This document shows, one piece after another, positions 40,659-54,876 of a DNA stretch of 64,000 nt. The position numbers and the translations under genes are program-made. The DNA is taken from the NCBI RefSeq assembly GCF_006345805.1, contig NC_043005.1, positions 36,146,001 to 36,210,000 on the forward strand. The letters are read 5' to 3'. Under the pieces are notes generated by a model, which saw only the letters and a list, made by a program, of their open reading frames with translations, did not search any database and was not told the DNA's origin. This DNA comes from Octopus sinensis (Eukaryota). Every line of letters begins with the position of its first letter. Position 1 is the first letter of the stretch.

Positions 40659-42449
40659 TGTTCAATTTTATGCCATTTATTCAATACAGCGACTGATGCC
40701 CCTACTTCGACTTATATGAATGTTGTGGCTGGCTAAAAGAAACAAACTTATATACAGGGATATGTAATATTTGTATAAATCACATAAAAATGTCAGTTGG
40801 CATAGATACAATAATTATAACTGATGCGATCCGTGGAAATTTCACAGAATGTAAAAAATTAACAAGATCTATTTAAGAAAGAAAGGATGATTTGCATTTT
40901 TATAGCATTTATTGTTCAGCTTCCTTTAAATAAACTTGACGTTCGGCTACATTAATTTCCTCACATCCTTTCTCGGGCAGCTTGCAACCGTATTTCTTGT
41001 GAATCCAGAGTTTAGGCTAAATTAACCCTTATAAACAAATATCAATTTTTTAAGCGAACAGACGATAAATAATTGCACTTATGCGTTAAGCGATGGTCGC
41101 TACAAAAAAAATTAGTTCAATAAAAAAATGCTTTTCATTATCAACACACCATCACCACCACCACCGTAATCTGCTTCTCTCTCTCTTTCCCCTCTCTCCC
41201 CTTTCTTTCTCTTTCTCTTTCTCTTTCTCTCTCAATATAACTGTCTTCCTTGTCCATCTCTCTCTATCTCCCTTTCCATTCAGCCAACTTTTTAACTACA
41301 TAATAAGTATTCCTTTCCCACCCACCGCACGTGGAAAACACTTCTCTCACCCTCTTTTTCTCTCGTCGTTTTTTTCTCTCGTTTTTCGCCTCCATCTTCA
41401 GCTGATCATGTGACTCATTTGGCATCAGTGTATTAATATTAATCAAGTTTCTCTACTTTTTCCTCTCTTCTTTCTTCACCCCCACTCTCTCTCACACACA
41501 CTCTTATTCCACCTCTCTGTCACTCCACCTCTTTAACTAACTAATGTATAACGAGTAAACGAACAAGCAGATTATTATATATAGTTTACTTTTAACAAAT
41601 TATTTGGTGCTTAAGTAAAACGATGTAATGAGTATTAACTCTGGAAAGACAAATAATTATTATCTCAAAGTTAAATAAAGCAAATTTTTTCATTTGTATA
41701 ACTCCTCCTCCGAACACTCTGATTAACTTCATCTTTCTACTCTTCTGCCTCAATGATTCTTTCTCTTTCATTCAGCCTGCACATCTGAGGTTAACTCTCT
41801 GTTTTTATTTCTCTCTTACTTCCTCTCCCCCTTTCTCTATGCGATGCAAAGAGTAATTTGAAGAACAAACCAACGTTTATATTGACTTTTATTGTATAGA
41901 GAGATACAAAATTACTTCTTTCCAAAATCTTTATGTTGTGAACGTATTAACATTTTACGCACACGTGAACACAAGCTTATCACCCTCCGTTGCTACCATG
42001 AGTTACAACAACAACAACAACAACATCATAAACAACAGCAATAACGTAAATGAACAGTGGCGTAAACAGAAACATGAAAAACAGAGCTAATAAAGTTTAC
42101 GTTATCGCTTGACCAGCAATAAATAGCGGTCAAATCTCATTCAAATCACACTGTACAGTCTTAAAAACCAGAAACTCACTGATGTACCAGATAATGGAAC
42201 GCTTTCAAAAAATTTGTAATATTTTAAGAAAAATATCTACAGTAATCCCACACCATATCACGGTTCACCTATTGTGCACTCAGTACATCGCAGATTTTTT
42301 AAGCTAATATATGTAAATTTATATCGTGGACTCCTTGGTATATCCGGGTTTCTGCAGCCGATAGGTAATCATATCTTTTAGGATTTTAATTATTTCTGTG
42401 GGAGGTTTTGGAACGTAACACCCGCAATGGTAGTCTAGGGTTTACTGTA

Positions 42450-42785
42450 GTCTACTATAACCTTGAGCCTGGTAGACGGAAACTGAAAGAAGGCCGACGT
42501 ATATACATGTATATATTTATATATATATATGTATATACATATATATGCATATATATACATATTTATGTGTCTTTGTATTTGTGTTTGTCCCACCCACCCC
42601 ATCGCTTGACAACCGATATTGGTGTATGTATATCCCCGTAATCTAGCGGTTCGGCAAAATAAATTCATGTAATAAGTAATAGGCTTACAAAGACCAAGTC
42701 CTGGGGTTGATTTCTTCAACTAAAACCTTTTAAGGCGGTGCTCCAGCATGGCCGCAGTCAAATAACTGAAACGCTTAAAAAGATA
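42450..42785 (+). mobile_element. SINE family A, truncated
   Basis: Matches 287-713. Confidence 0.8.
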
Positions 42786-42834
42786 AGAAGAATATTCCCA
42801 TGTCTCTCGTTCAAGGACTCATAAATAATTAAGT

Positions 42835-43520
42835 TTTAGCACAAGGCCAGCAATATGGGGGTAGGATGTCGGTTACATATGCACCAGTATTTTACTGGTA
42901 CTTTATTTTATCTACCTACAAAAGGATGAAAGGCAAAAATCGACTCTAGCGGGAACTGAAGTCAGAACGTAAAGCTGGAAGAAATTCCACAAAGCAGTTT
43001 ATTCGGTATGTTAAGGATTTAGTCAGTTAACCTTCTTCAAGAACTCGCATAAGTGTTTCAAACTTTGGCACAGTGCTAGCAAGTTTTATGAAGTGGATAT
43101 GTCGATTACATCAACCCAAGTTTTCCCTTGGTACTTATTTTATCGACCACAGAAGTATGAATAGCAAAGTAAACCTTGGCGGAATTTGAACTCTGAACGT
43201 AAAGCCCAAATAATACAGCTCAGCCTTTTGTCCTACGCGCTGATAATTCTGCCAGCTTCCTGCTTTCAGGGATTCATAAATAATGAATTAAGTAATAGTT
43301 CTTTCTAGAGTAATACAGACACAGTGACTGAAATTTTGGTATGAGGGTCTAGTCGATTACACCGAACCCAGTGCTTAACTGGTACTTATTTATATCGAGC
43401 ACGAAAGAAAGGTAAAGAGTTGACTTCGGCAGAATTTGAACTTCAAACGTGAAACCGGGAGAAAGGCCGCTAAGTATTTTGTCGGACGTAGTAACCAATT
43501 GTAGCAGCTTGCTGCCTTTT
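42835..43520 (-). repeat. Three head-to-tail degenerate family B SINE units (about 230-260 bp spacing)
   Basis: TGGTACTT(T)ATTT...GAA...AACGT motif set recurs near 42896, 43129 and 43380. Confidence 0.78.
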
Positions 43521-44176
43521 GGGAACTCATAAATATCGAATTGAATAATAATAAGATAAAATCAGATAGTATTGTAGCTTTTGAGAAGCAGCGATGAAAT
43601 GTAGCAAGAATATACCAAAGAAAAATGTGTGACTGAACAAAACAGGCAGTTCTAATCTCAGAGTTTTAACCATCGCTTGCAGTGAAGCGCAAAATACGAG
43701 CATTTGTTCATCGAATCTAAACTGAAGAAAGATTCCTTTTTCCAATGAATCCAAGCAAAGATTGGTGCAGGCAAGCATGTATTACTAATATATCTCTCTT
43801 CATTCAGAGTTGGTCCCTTGCTCTCATCTTAGTGATGTACTCATTGGCTGCCATTGGTACGCTTCGTTTCGTTTCTGATCTTACATTTACCTGGTTTCCG
43901 AGTTAAGTTTCCTCTTCCTTTACTAAACTTCGATGCATTCTTTCGACTCCAAAATTTCTCGACTTCTAAGTGGAAATAAATTTAATATATTGGATTTGAT
44001 TTCTTCTTTTCTTTCCATTCTGTTTCTCTTGTCTCTGTCAAATACTCCCTCTTTCTCAAATTTCGTTTATCCCTTCGGTTTCTTTTCTTTTCATTTCTTT
44101 CTTCCTTTTTTTCTTTCTTTTATACGTTCTTCCATTCATTCTTCCTCTCTAATTCCCGTCATTTTTCATTTCTCTT

Positions 44177-44209
<33 letters not shown>

Positions 44210-44326
44210 GTTTATAAAAACACATATGCATGTGCGTATCGATGTTTGTCCCTATATTTTAGTTACAGATATGTTCGTAAATAGATACTCAAGTATCCCT
44301 TCTTTCTTTCTGTCTGTCTGCCTGTC

Positions 44327-44464
<138 letters not shown>

Positions 44465-44476
44465 TATATATATATC

Positions 44477-44507
<31 letters not shown>

Positions 44508-44664
44508 GTATACACACTCATATATCCATATAAGATATATATATACATACATCTCTCTTTCTATTTACACACACACACATGAAATTTGATGTTGGTATGT
44601 TCAAGCAAAGTTAAAAACACCAAGTGACATTTACTGAAAGTAGTACTGGGCATCTATCTATCTT

Positions 44665-44719
<55 letters not shown>

Positions 44720-44829
44720 GTTTATCTACGTATATATGTATATATGTTTATAAATGTGGGCTTATATATGTGTACACTAATACATATATAGGAAGACAGA
44801 TATATATATATAGCGAGAGAGAGAGAGAA

Positions 44830-44864
<35 letters not shown>

Positions 44865-45118
44865 GGGGAGAGAGAGAGAGAGAGAGAGAGAGAAAGTCTC
44901 AATAATTCATGAGCAGAAAGAGCGAATATATATAACAAACATAGTTGTATAACTTTTTTTACGTTGAGTTCTTAACATCCCTGTACGTTGTACATATGCA
45001 TCTTATCCCCTTCCTATGTATACATACATATATACATGCATATATATGTATATGTATGTATACATGTGTATATATATATATATGTACATATATGTACACA
45101 CACACACATATATATATA

Positions 45119-45170
<52 letters not shown>

Positions 45171-45949
45171 TATCGTTGCATTTAGCTATTTTTTTTACTT
45201 GGTAAAATGGTAAATAACATTCTAAATTTGTTTATTGTTCAGAAGCATTTCAATCCCAGCAGTAATGCTTTTAGTTCTGCGGTTGATTATAATCATTTTA
45301 GGAACAGATGAAACTTGATAATAATATCTATTTTTTTTATTACCTTTATGTTCTGCCTGTTCCATGAAAGACACCACAAACCAAGGACAATTTAAATCGT
45401 CTTCTTTATAATCTCTTGTATACTGTATTCTTATTTATCTATAAATTTGGCTATAATTCCTGAAACTTCGCCAAATTTAGACGGTTTTCCTCAATGACTA
45501 CTACGGTGGTTGTGATTTTCTTAAGCTTTTAAAATTTACTTCGTTATAATTCTAGAAATTCTTCGAATCACAAGAAATTTTTTTTCTCGGGGTTTTGAAT
45601 TTAAAATTTTATGTCTCTTTTTTATTGTTTAAATGATAACCTAGGAGATATACAGATAAAATAATAACTAAATATCTGAAATTTACAGAGCTGGAAGTGA
45701 CGTAAATATCAAAATTTAGATTCCATATTGACACAAAATTTTTCGAAAGCTTTTATTTCAATATAGCACTTACGATGACAAAACTCACTAAGAAAATGAA
45801 TAAATTTATGGAATGGTATTTTAGCAAATATCAGATATTTATTTATATATATATATATTTATTTATTTATTTATCTATTTACTAGTATATCACTGTGGGA
45901 AGGCGGGCAATGGAAGAATACAGTTCTTAATGCCTGTGTATCTTTCATC

Positions 45950-46310
45950 ATTTTCTTGTTTTAGTCTTTGGATGGAAAAATGCTGGGGCATTGTCTTGTG
46001 GTGTTTTAGTCGAACAAATCGAAGCCAGTACTTGTTTTTTTTTAAAGTTTGCAACATACTTTATGGGATACTTTTTGCCGAAACGCTAACTTACGAGACA
46101 CGTAAATAAACTGACATCTGTTGTCAAGCGGAGTCGTGAGATAAATACAGACGCAACGACACACACACACACATACACACACACAGGACGGGCTTCCACA
46201 GTTTACATTTACCAAGTTCACTCACAGGGCATAAGTCAGCCTGGTACCGTTCGGTGAGGCCGAACCCTAATCCATGTGATTGCAAAGCAAACCCTTTAAG
46301 CTCTTAGCCA
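45950..46310 (-). mobile_element. SINE family A, degenerate
   Basis: Reverse complement similarity to 287-713. Confidence 0.7.
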
Positions 46311-46539
46311 TGCAGAGTTCGAATACCGCCGTGGTCAACTTTGTTTTGGATAAAAACGATAAAATAAAATACTAGTAACATACTGGGTTAGATATAATTC
46401 CCAATCTTGTACTGACGTTAGAATTCAATATTTAGCGAAGTCTCTTTATGTTTAGGAATCCATACTCCAAAAATGTTCTTATAGAAATAACACCAAAAAT
46501 ATACACTACACCGAAGTCTAACAAAGTGTTTGACTCGTG

Positions 46540-46703
46540 CAGTGGTTCCCAACTTGTGGTCCATGGACCCCTGGTAGTCCGCAAAGGTAGTACTAGGGTC
46601 CGTGAACATGTTAAGCTGCCAGACCCGTCAATATCCTGGGGTCCGTGGAAAAACTCATTTAAATAAAAGGGGTCCTTGGTAGTGAAAAGGTTGGGAACCA
46701 CTG
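46540..46703. mobile_element. hAT (Charlie-like) MITE, 164 bp
   Basis: Perfect 14-bp TIR CAGTGGTTCCCAAC; 8-bp TSD GACTCGTG/GACTAGTG. Confidence 0.9.
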
Positions 46704-47794
46704 GACTAGTGCCAATGAACGAATCGTTTTTAGCACTGTTGTCATCAAAGAATGAGCTTTAGATTCGTTTCTGCCATACGTCTACAGTCAATTCTGCCGA
46801 TTGCATCCAAACCTTTGTTTATCTGCAGTTGGGAATCACTGGAACAGAAAGGAATATCTTCAGTGAGATTATGAAAAATACGTGAGTGTTACCCGTCATA
46901 TTATAGGTAACTTTGGAAGTATATCATGAAGAACATTACTTGTCAAATGACGAGGAACTTCGAAAGCATATTTTTGCTATCATGGAATATGCCATCATAC
47001 AATAATTATTTGCCATCATACAATAATTATTTAACGATTCCAAATTTCTTTATTCTTATAAAAAATATGATGAAATGGATACTAATTTTCCAATGAAAAC
47101 TATTTACTACCTTAAGATAATTTAAATAAAACAAATTTCTCATTTGTATATTTGCTATTTATGAATGTCTTTATTTCCCCAATAATCATAAATATAATCA
47201 CATTCTACTCAGTTGAAAACCTATATCTGCAAACTTTCATTAAAATATGTGTTACAAAACCCTCATCTCGCACCTTTTACATTAGTTCTGTTCCACTCTT
47301 ATACTATCTCTCTCAGTTTCTTTCTCTCTACGACGTATAACGTGACTGGAGAAACCAGCAAACCAATCAACCAACCAATCAACCAACTTATTAACCAACC
47401 AAATAACAAACTCACATTCTGTTATTAGATAGAGATAATTTAGAACATATATGAGTTGAAATACTATTGAAATGTCGCAATGGAGAGAAAAATAACGGTC
47501 CAAATTTGAAAACTAATTCTAACTTAAAACATTATAATTTTTAGTTTTTCTGGCACTCAAGACCGGTACAACTGTCAAATCACAACGGAAGCATGTTATG
47601 GACTTTTTATCTTCAAAACACGAAGACAAATATATCACAATTCTTCAAAATGGATTGCACCTAATTAGCAAATGATGAATGTATTTTACATAGTAGTTCA
47701 TTATTTCGTAAAAGTTCGAAGGAGGAACAATTGATAGTTTAAACTCTAGTACATCACTTTATTTTATCGACAGCAGAAAGATATATCTTGGTGA

Positions 47795-48180
47795 ATGGAG
47801 GCGCAATGGCCCAGTGGTTAGAGCAGCGGACTCGCGGTCATAGGATCGCGGTTTCGATTCCCAGACCGGGCGTTGTGAGTGTTTATTGAGCGAAAAACAC
47901 CTAAAGCTCCACGAGGCTCCGGCAGGGGATGGTGGTGATCCCTGCTGTACTCTTTCCCCACAACTTTCTCTCACTCTTACTTCCTGTTTCTGTTGTACCT
48001 GTATTTCAAAGGGCCGGCCTTGTCACTCTCTGTATCACGCTGAATATCCCCGAGAACTACGTTAAGGGTACACGTGTCTGTGGAGTGCTCAGCCACTTAC
48101 ACGTTAATTTCACGAGCAGGCTGTTCCGTTGATTCGGATCAACCGGAACCCTCGTCGTCGTAACCGACGGAGTGCTTCCC
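47795..48180 (+). mobile_element. tRNA-derived SINE family C, tail variant 2, full length with 12-bp TSD
   Basis: A box TGGCCCAGTGG, B box GGTTTCGATTCC; TSD ATATCTTGGTGA at 47783-47794 and 48181-48192. Confidence 0.93.
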
Positions 48181-49074
48181 ATATCTTGGTGAGATTCGAA
48201 TTCATAATAAGCAAATAAATAAATAAATTTGCTTAAATTCATTTGAAATTTTTACGAAATTTGAACGTAAGTCTTTTTAAGAGTAAACATTCTCACTTTC
48301 ACGGACAAGGCTCCTAATTAGACTGTTAAAAGTTGTCAGAGTTTCCTTAGAGTACTCATTTCTTGGATTTACAGTAACAGACAACAGTAATATCTTTTGA
48401 TTATCATAAGTAACTCTGTCCACCTTCACACCTTAGAGGTATTTCAACTGATGTATTACAAGCTGTTATTTATATCTGTATTTGCATTAGGGCAACTTCC
48501 TTGAAAGAATATCATTTTCACGCAGACAATTCCAGTGGGAACTTGTATTTTTCGAAAGTATTTCTCGTATATAAATTCCTTATTAGTGCAAATATTAAAT
48601 GTCAAACTGTAAACATCTGATGATTTTGAACAATGAAGTAGTCATCCATACGTCTGATTAAAGGGTGAGTTTAATTTTAGACATTTCAGGGTTATGTCAT
48701 CAAAATAGTCTGTACAGGTAAGTGTTAGTCATTATCAGCGTTTATTACAAAAATCTCATTGCTATCTCTTCCTATTAATACTGATCTGTCACATCAGCCA
48801 ATTTAAAGCAAATTGTTTTTAGATACACTGTTAGTCTTACAGTTATATTAATCTTTATATAGCAATAGCCGATATAAATATTGGTTGGTTCATTTCTTCA
48901 GTCACGCTTTACATTGTATAGAGAATTGGGAAAGGAGTGAGTATAAGATAAGTGAACAGAGAACTAGCTGAAGAGGTGTTAAATTAGTGTTACAACTTTC
49001 TGAAAACTAAACATTTTGAAATTGAAATTCTACAGAGATAGGTTTTCAATGATGTAGATTTTTATCTTCCTTTA

Positions 49075-49242
49075 TATTTTACTTGTTTCAGTCATTAGAC
49101 TGCGGTCATGCTGGGGCACCATCTTGAAGAAATGAATCGACTCGAGGACTTATTTTTTTAAACACTGGTACTTATTCTAATGGTCGCTTTTTGCCGAACT
49201 GGTAAGTTACGGGGGACATAAACACACCAGCATCGGTTGTCA
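49075..49242 (-). mobile_element. SINE family A, 3' half
   Basis: Reverse complement of the tail of 287-713. Confidence 0.85.
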
Positions 49243-49339
49243 CGCGCACACACACACACTCTCTCTCTCACACATACACACACACATGCACTCTCTCTCT
49301 CTCACACATACATACATATATATATATATATGTATGTAT

Positions 49340-49910
49340 GTCGGCGAGACGGCAATTCCGTACCCTGACAGCTTGTCTCGAACAGGCAAAGCCGAGTGGT
49401 AGCACTGCCAAACCAGGGATTTCTGGTTATTATCCAGATACCCCGGTCTGAAAGTTCTCCCGAACTGGTTGATCAACTGATTTCCATCGAAGCCCAGGGT
49501 CTCCCCCAGGACATCGTCTGACATAAATTCCACTAACCCGCTATAGAAATCCGCAGTGGAACTCCTGTTGCCGGTATTGCTCGTCCGAGAGAGTAGCTGG
49601 GAGTGCCGCCAAGCACTCCAATTGCCAATCCTCCAGCCTAGGTCTTCGTTTGATCCATGGACCAATATCCATTAAGGATGTCAACTGTGGAAGGTAGAAC
49701 CTTACGTGCGGTGAGCACACCTGCTCCCCATCCAGGTAAAACCAAAGATGCCTCAACCTTAACGCGAATTTTCGCATCTTCAGCCAAGTTAGTGGTTTTT
49801 GGCAGCAGATAGAGCGCCTCACAAGTGGCTTTCCTCTCTTCCACAAAAAGGGGAATAGGATTCTTTCCAACTTGCTCAACCACAAATTGGGGCAACAAAC
49901 AAGATGAGGA
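49340..49910 (-). mobile_element. Tx1/L1-clade LINE ORF2 fragment, same family as 26095-27365
   Basis: KLERILFPFLWKRGKPLVRRSICCQKP, ALRLRHLW and WQCYHSALPVRDKL match the 26-27 kb copy. Confidence 0.85.
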
Positions 49911-50099
49911 CAAATATTCGTTAAATGTAAATAATGTAAATAATGTAATTTATCTCTACCGAAATATCGGTTGAGATAATTAGAGAAAAATGCTCTCTGG
50001 AAGGGAGTGCAGCTTTGGAGCTTAACCAGCGCTTCCCTCAAAAGATTACATACTGAAAATCTGGGGATCCCATTTGGAGATTTCCAGATGTTCAAGAGG

Positions 50100-50470
50100 C
50101 TGTCGGAGGCGGAGAGCGATGTTAAAATATCGCCTTTCACTGATGCACGGGAAATAAAAAAAAAGAACTGTTATTTTTAAAACATTTTGCCCAAAGGAAA
50201 AAATAGCACACATGGACCAGGATAAAACTGAAAAAGGTTTTGCCTCAATTTGAAATATCATGTATATCTCAAGAGGGAGAACATTTGGCACAGTAGAAGC
50301 CAGGTTTAGGACATCAGAAAAGGCCCACGATCACTCTGTCAGCCCTTTAAAAACAAATAAAGTGGTGCTTCTGCTGAATTATATGGGGCGGCGCACGTCC
50401 CATGTTAAGGTAACAGAAGTTCCACCGGAAATTGAAGCTGTGTGGGTGATGGCTGCCCTGTTATTTAACA
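50100..50470 (+). mobile_element. Possible LINE ORF1-like fragment
   Basis: Protein-like YISRGRTFGTVEARF...YMGRRTSHVKVTEVPPEIEAVWVMAAL resembles the RRM-like ORF1 of Tx1-type elements; recognition only. Confidence 0.45.
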
Positions 50471-51637
50471 ACAACACCTGCACCTATTGCTGATAAAATT
50501 TAGAAAAAATAATACATATTTACTGCCAGTAATCAAATGAGAAATTAGTTTTATTTATTTTTAAGATAATATATATTTTCTTTTGAAAACTACTATACAT
50601 TTTATTATTTCTACTAGTACCACAAACTTTAATAAACGTAAATCATAATTATTTTACATATGCCATATTTTCTGATATTATCTATGGTGGCAAATCTAAT
50701 TCTCGTAGACGGTTAATACTTCTGTATATAATAAATTTGTTCTCATCTGCGAGAAAGTTCTGTCTTTCTCTCATCTTTATATACAACTAATTAAAATGAA
50801 TTGTGAACACACAAATAATGCCAGGGCCCTCTCATTTAACAAGCGGTGAGGGACATGCTCATGATGCACTCCAAGGACGTATAACATTTCTATCTCATGA
50901 GGTAGTTCCATTTAAGAAAATAGAAATATTTACCAGAAATCGATTCATAGAACGGCTGAACTTAAAAATAAACATTCTGGTTAATTTGACCTCCTGGTTT
51001 GTATATCTTTTGCCGGTTATCCATACAAGTGCATGGCAACTTGCTAGTTTCTATAGACTATCTGCATTTATCATTAGAAATATGGTCCTTGTACTGTTTT
51101 TTTCTTTCTAGTAAATCTAACAACTGAACGCTACAAAGCTTCCATCGATGTTTTTAGCTTTCGTAGGAAGTCAGTTTCTATTTAAACGAATATTATTTAT
51201 TCTTTTGTTCCTTTGCAAAAGCGCAACTGGATTCATATTCGATCAGACTACCTTTCATTGTTGTTAGAATTGTTGGCTTTTTGGCATTATTTTGTTATCA
51301 TGCACCAACAGAAAAAATTAAGGCGTTTGATGTAATCGGAACATTTGGTAATCCTTTTCCTACAGCTACCATAGTTTGGATGAGTCCAATAATTATAAGC
51401 ATTTTAGAATAGTGAATATTCGTACAAATAGCATAACTTTTCGAAGAGCGCATCTGATATATTATACTTTTTAACACAATTTGTGCCTCATTCTTCGCCA
51501 GATACCATATACACATACGCAAGCGTTTAAGGAAGATTGCAGAAACGTTGGAAGAAAAAAAAGAAAAACCGTTGCAAGTTTAATTCCAGTCCGAAAATTT
51601 CAGAGCATAAATAAGGCAGTTAGTTCCTGACTACGGA

Positions 51638-51867
51638 AGGCGGCGAGCTGGCAGAAACGTTAGCACGCCGGGTAAAATGCTTAGCAGTATTTCGTCTGCC
51701 GCTACGTTCTGAGTTCAAATTCCGCCGAGGTCGAATCTGCCTTTCGTCCTTTCGGAGTCGATTAAATAAGTACCAGTTACGCACTGGGGTCGATATAATC
51801 GACTTAATCCGGTTGTCTGTCCTTGTTTGTCCCTTCTGTGTTTAGCCCCTTTTGGGTAGTAAAGAAA
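51638..51867 (+). mobile_element. SINE family B, full length with 17-bp TSD (MetaSINE-like core)
   Basis: TSD TAGTTCCTGACTACGGA at 51621-51637 and 51868-51884; B box GAGTTCAAATTCC; core GCCTTTCGTCCTTTCGGAGTCGATTAAATAAGTACCAG. Confidence 0.94.
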
Positions 51868-53111
51868 TAGTTCCTGACTACGGACGCAAACCTGTTCCAA
51901 ATTTAATATTTTCCTCAACCAAAATAATGATACTGACACCTCGAAAAGTGATTTTATGAGATTAAATAATCAGAAATTTATAACTTTAAGTATATAATGA
52001 CGAGTAAGTAGTACTATATTTGTGCATCAAAATCTTGATATCATCGTGAGTATGAAAACGCCTCTATAGAATATATATTTCAAGAAAGCAGAGTGAGGAT
52101 TCCTTGTGCTTTTAAATAACTGAGTCAGAGGAAAAGAGTATTTTATTCAGAAGGTTTGCAACCTTCTTATTTGAATTACTCAGCCATATTAAATTAAATC
52201 ATGACTCTTAGACGATTAACGATTCTTCATTACATCAAGCAGCAAGTTGTTTTTTCTTCCGCCACAGCGTTTTAAGATGAATCACTCTTTTACTTTGTTT
52301 TGTGTTGTATATATTTTTTAAAAAATCCAAAATGTTTGTACATTATAACTAACTAATGAATAATACATTATTGCTGTATTTAACTGATTTACCGAGCTAA
52401 CATTCTTCTTCTGTAAGATATATAAAAATGTGTAAAGTTCTTTGTTTGCTCTTGAGTGATATCATCCTCCCCAAAGAAAAGATATATTTCACGAAGTGGC
52501 TCAATTAAATAAAGTTATATTATGAAAACCTTACGAATAGATAAATAGAATTTCCGTAATTCTCTGATAGTTTTCAGTCTAGCAAGATTTCAATAAATCG
52601 CAAATAAAAGCAAAAAGCTGAAAGAATAAGCTAAGAGAGTAATATCGCTTATCCTCGGGCATTAATGAGAATCTAAAGAAAGACTTTTTTTTTCTTCCCA
52701 GAGAATGACCAGATATTTACTCTTCAGAAAGCCATAAAAAGCGAGCTATTCTTGCAGAAAGTACATCATGAAGAAGCATAGGATTGCAAAGCACGAATAA
52801 GAATGAGACAAGAGAAAGGTTACATCGTCAACACAATGAGGGGACACAATGAGAGTTCAAGTCGAGGAAAAGGAGGCCAAATAATACGAGAATAATGATG
52901 ATGATGATGAAGATAACGATGATGATGATGATGATAATGGTGATGATGATGATGATGATGATAAGATTAATAATAATAATAATAATAATGATAATAATAA
53001 TAATAATAAAATAATAATAATAACAGAAGAAGTAGAATAAGATGGAGGGAGAGAAGAGAGAGGCAAAAAGGAAGAATAAGAAGAGCAGGAAGAGAATGAA
53101 AAATAGAACTA

Positions 53112-53180
53112 GAAAAAGATAAGAGATGAAGAAAAAACAGGAAAAAGAATAGGAAGTATTATTATTATTATTATTATTAT

Positions 53181-53242
<62 letters not shown>

Positions 53243-53270
53243 ATAGTAGTAGTAGTAGTAGTAGTAGTAA

Positions 53271-53313
<43 letters not shown>

Positions 53314-53350
53314 GGTAGTAGTAGTACTAGAGTAGAAGAAGGGGAAGGAG
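53112..53350. repeat. Composite microsatellite, inverted copy of 25494-25801
   Basis: Identical 46-bp flank followed by (ATT)n(AGT)n(GGT)n. Confidence 0.9.
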
Positions 53351-53713
53351 AAGAAGAAGTCACTGGTTTTGCTGCTGATGGTGGTAATAATGCTGACAAA
53401 GGTGTCCGTGTTGATAGTGATGATGAGGAAGTGGATGATGAACCAAGAGAGAGGAGACAGAGTAGATGGTCATGGTGGAGGTATTGGTAGTGACGTTACT
53501 GATGATGGCGATGACGACGAGGGGGAATGACGGAACAATCACCACCACCACCACCACCACCACCACCACCACCACCACCACCACCACCACCACCACCACT
53601 ATAACAACAACAACAACAACAAGTAATAAACACATGATAAAACGAGGTTTTTCAGGTCTTCCATAGTAATGACTGAATCTAATTTTTATCGTATTATCTA
53701 ATGCATATATATA

Positions 53714-53925
53714 AGGCGGCGAGCTGGCAGAATCGCTATTACGCTGGACGAAATACTTAGCAGTATTCCGCTCGTCGCTACGTTCTGAGTTCAACTTCTG
53801 CCAAGGTCGACTTTGTCTTTCATCCTTTCGGAGATCAATAAAATAAGTACCAGTTAAACACTGGGGTCGATGTAATCGGCTCATCCCTACCTCCCCCAAG
53901 CTGCCCCATTGGCAAAAATTTGAAA
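53714..53925 (+). mobile_element. SINE family B
   Basis: GGCGGCGAGCTGGCAGAATCG head and core. Confidence 0.88.
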
Positions 53926-53955
53926 TAATTATTCAATGCACACACACACACACAC

Positions 53956-53988
<33 letters not shown>

Positions 53989-54471
53989 GATATGTATGTA
54001 TATGAGTGTATAGACACGCACATATAAGTGTATGTGCATGTGCATATTTGAATATGTGTACATACTATTATTTATCTGTTGTACATATATACATACGTAT
54101 AAGTATATATGTACAACACATATGTGAATACATGTACACGCACACACACACACCACACACACACACACATATATATATACACACGCACACACACTAAAGT
54201 TCAGCTTATCACCAACAGAATTCAATAAAAGGCATGACCATACAATACAATGATAGAATGATAATAATGTTATCAAAAGATGTGGAAGATATATTTATAT
54301 ATGTACGTATGTATTGCGGTTTTCCTCTTTATCTCACGTGTTGCTGTATTATCAATGAAGAGAACAAGTGAATATCATGAAAGGGCTCGGAATCGCAGCT
54401 TCCGGGTATGAAAGACTAACATAAAGTTAAGCGTCTGCATTAATACAGATCATCAAAGCCATTCGCAGTAG

Positions 54472-54515
<44 letters not shown>

Positions 54516-54735
54516 GTAGTAGTAGTAGTAGTAGTAGTGGTAGTAGTAGTAGTAGTAGTAGTCATGGTTGTAGTAGTAGTATAGATTTATGAATGAAACA
54601 TAATGTATTGTAATGAATTGGGTGGGCGTAGTGATTTACGTACTTAAAAGTATATATTTCCTCAACAATACGTTTATTAGTCATAGAGGTATTCGAAAAT
54701 ATGATTTATCAATGAAAGCAATAATAATAATAATA

Positions 54736-54767
<32 letters not shown>

Positions 54768-54781
54768 TAATAATAATAATA

Positions 54782-54816
<35 letters not shown>

Positions 54817-54818
54817 TG

Positions 54819-54876
<58 letters not shown>

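Noticed and set aside
47797-47870. tRNA-like sequence with A and B boxes
   Set aside because: Continues into a SINE body bounded by a 12-bp TSD; it is a SINE head, not a tRNA gene.
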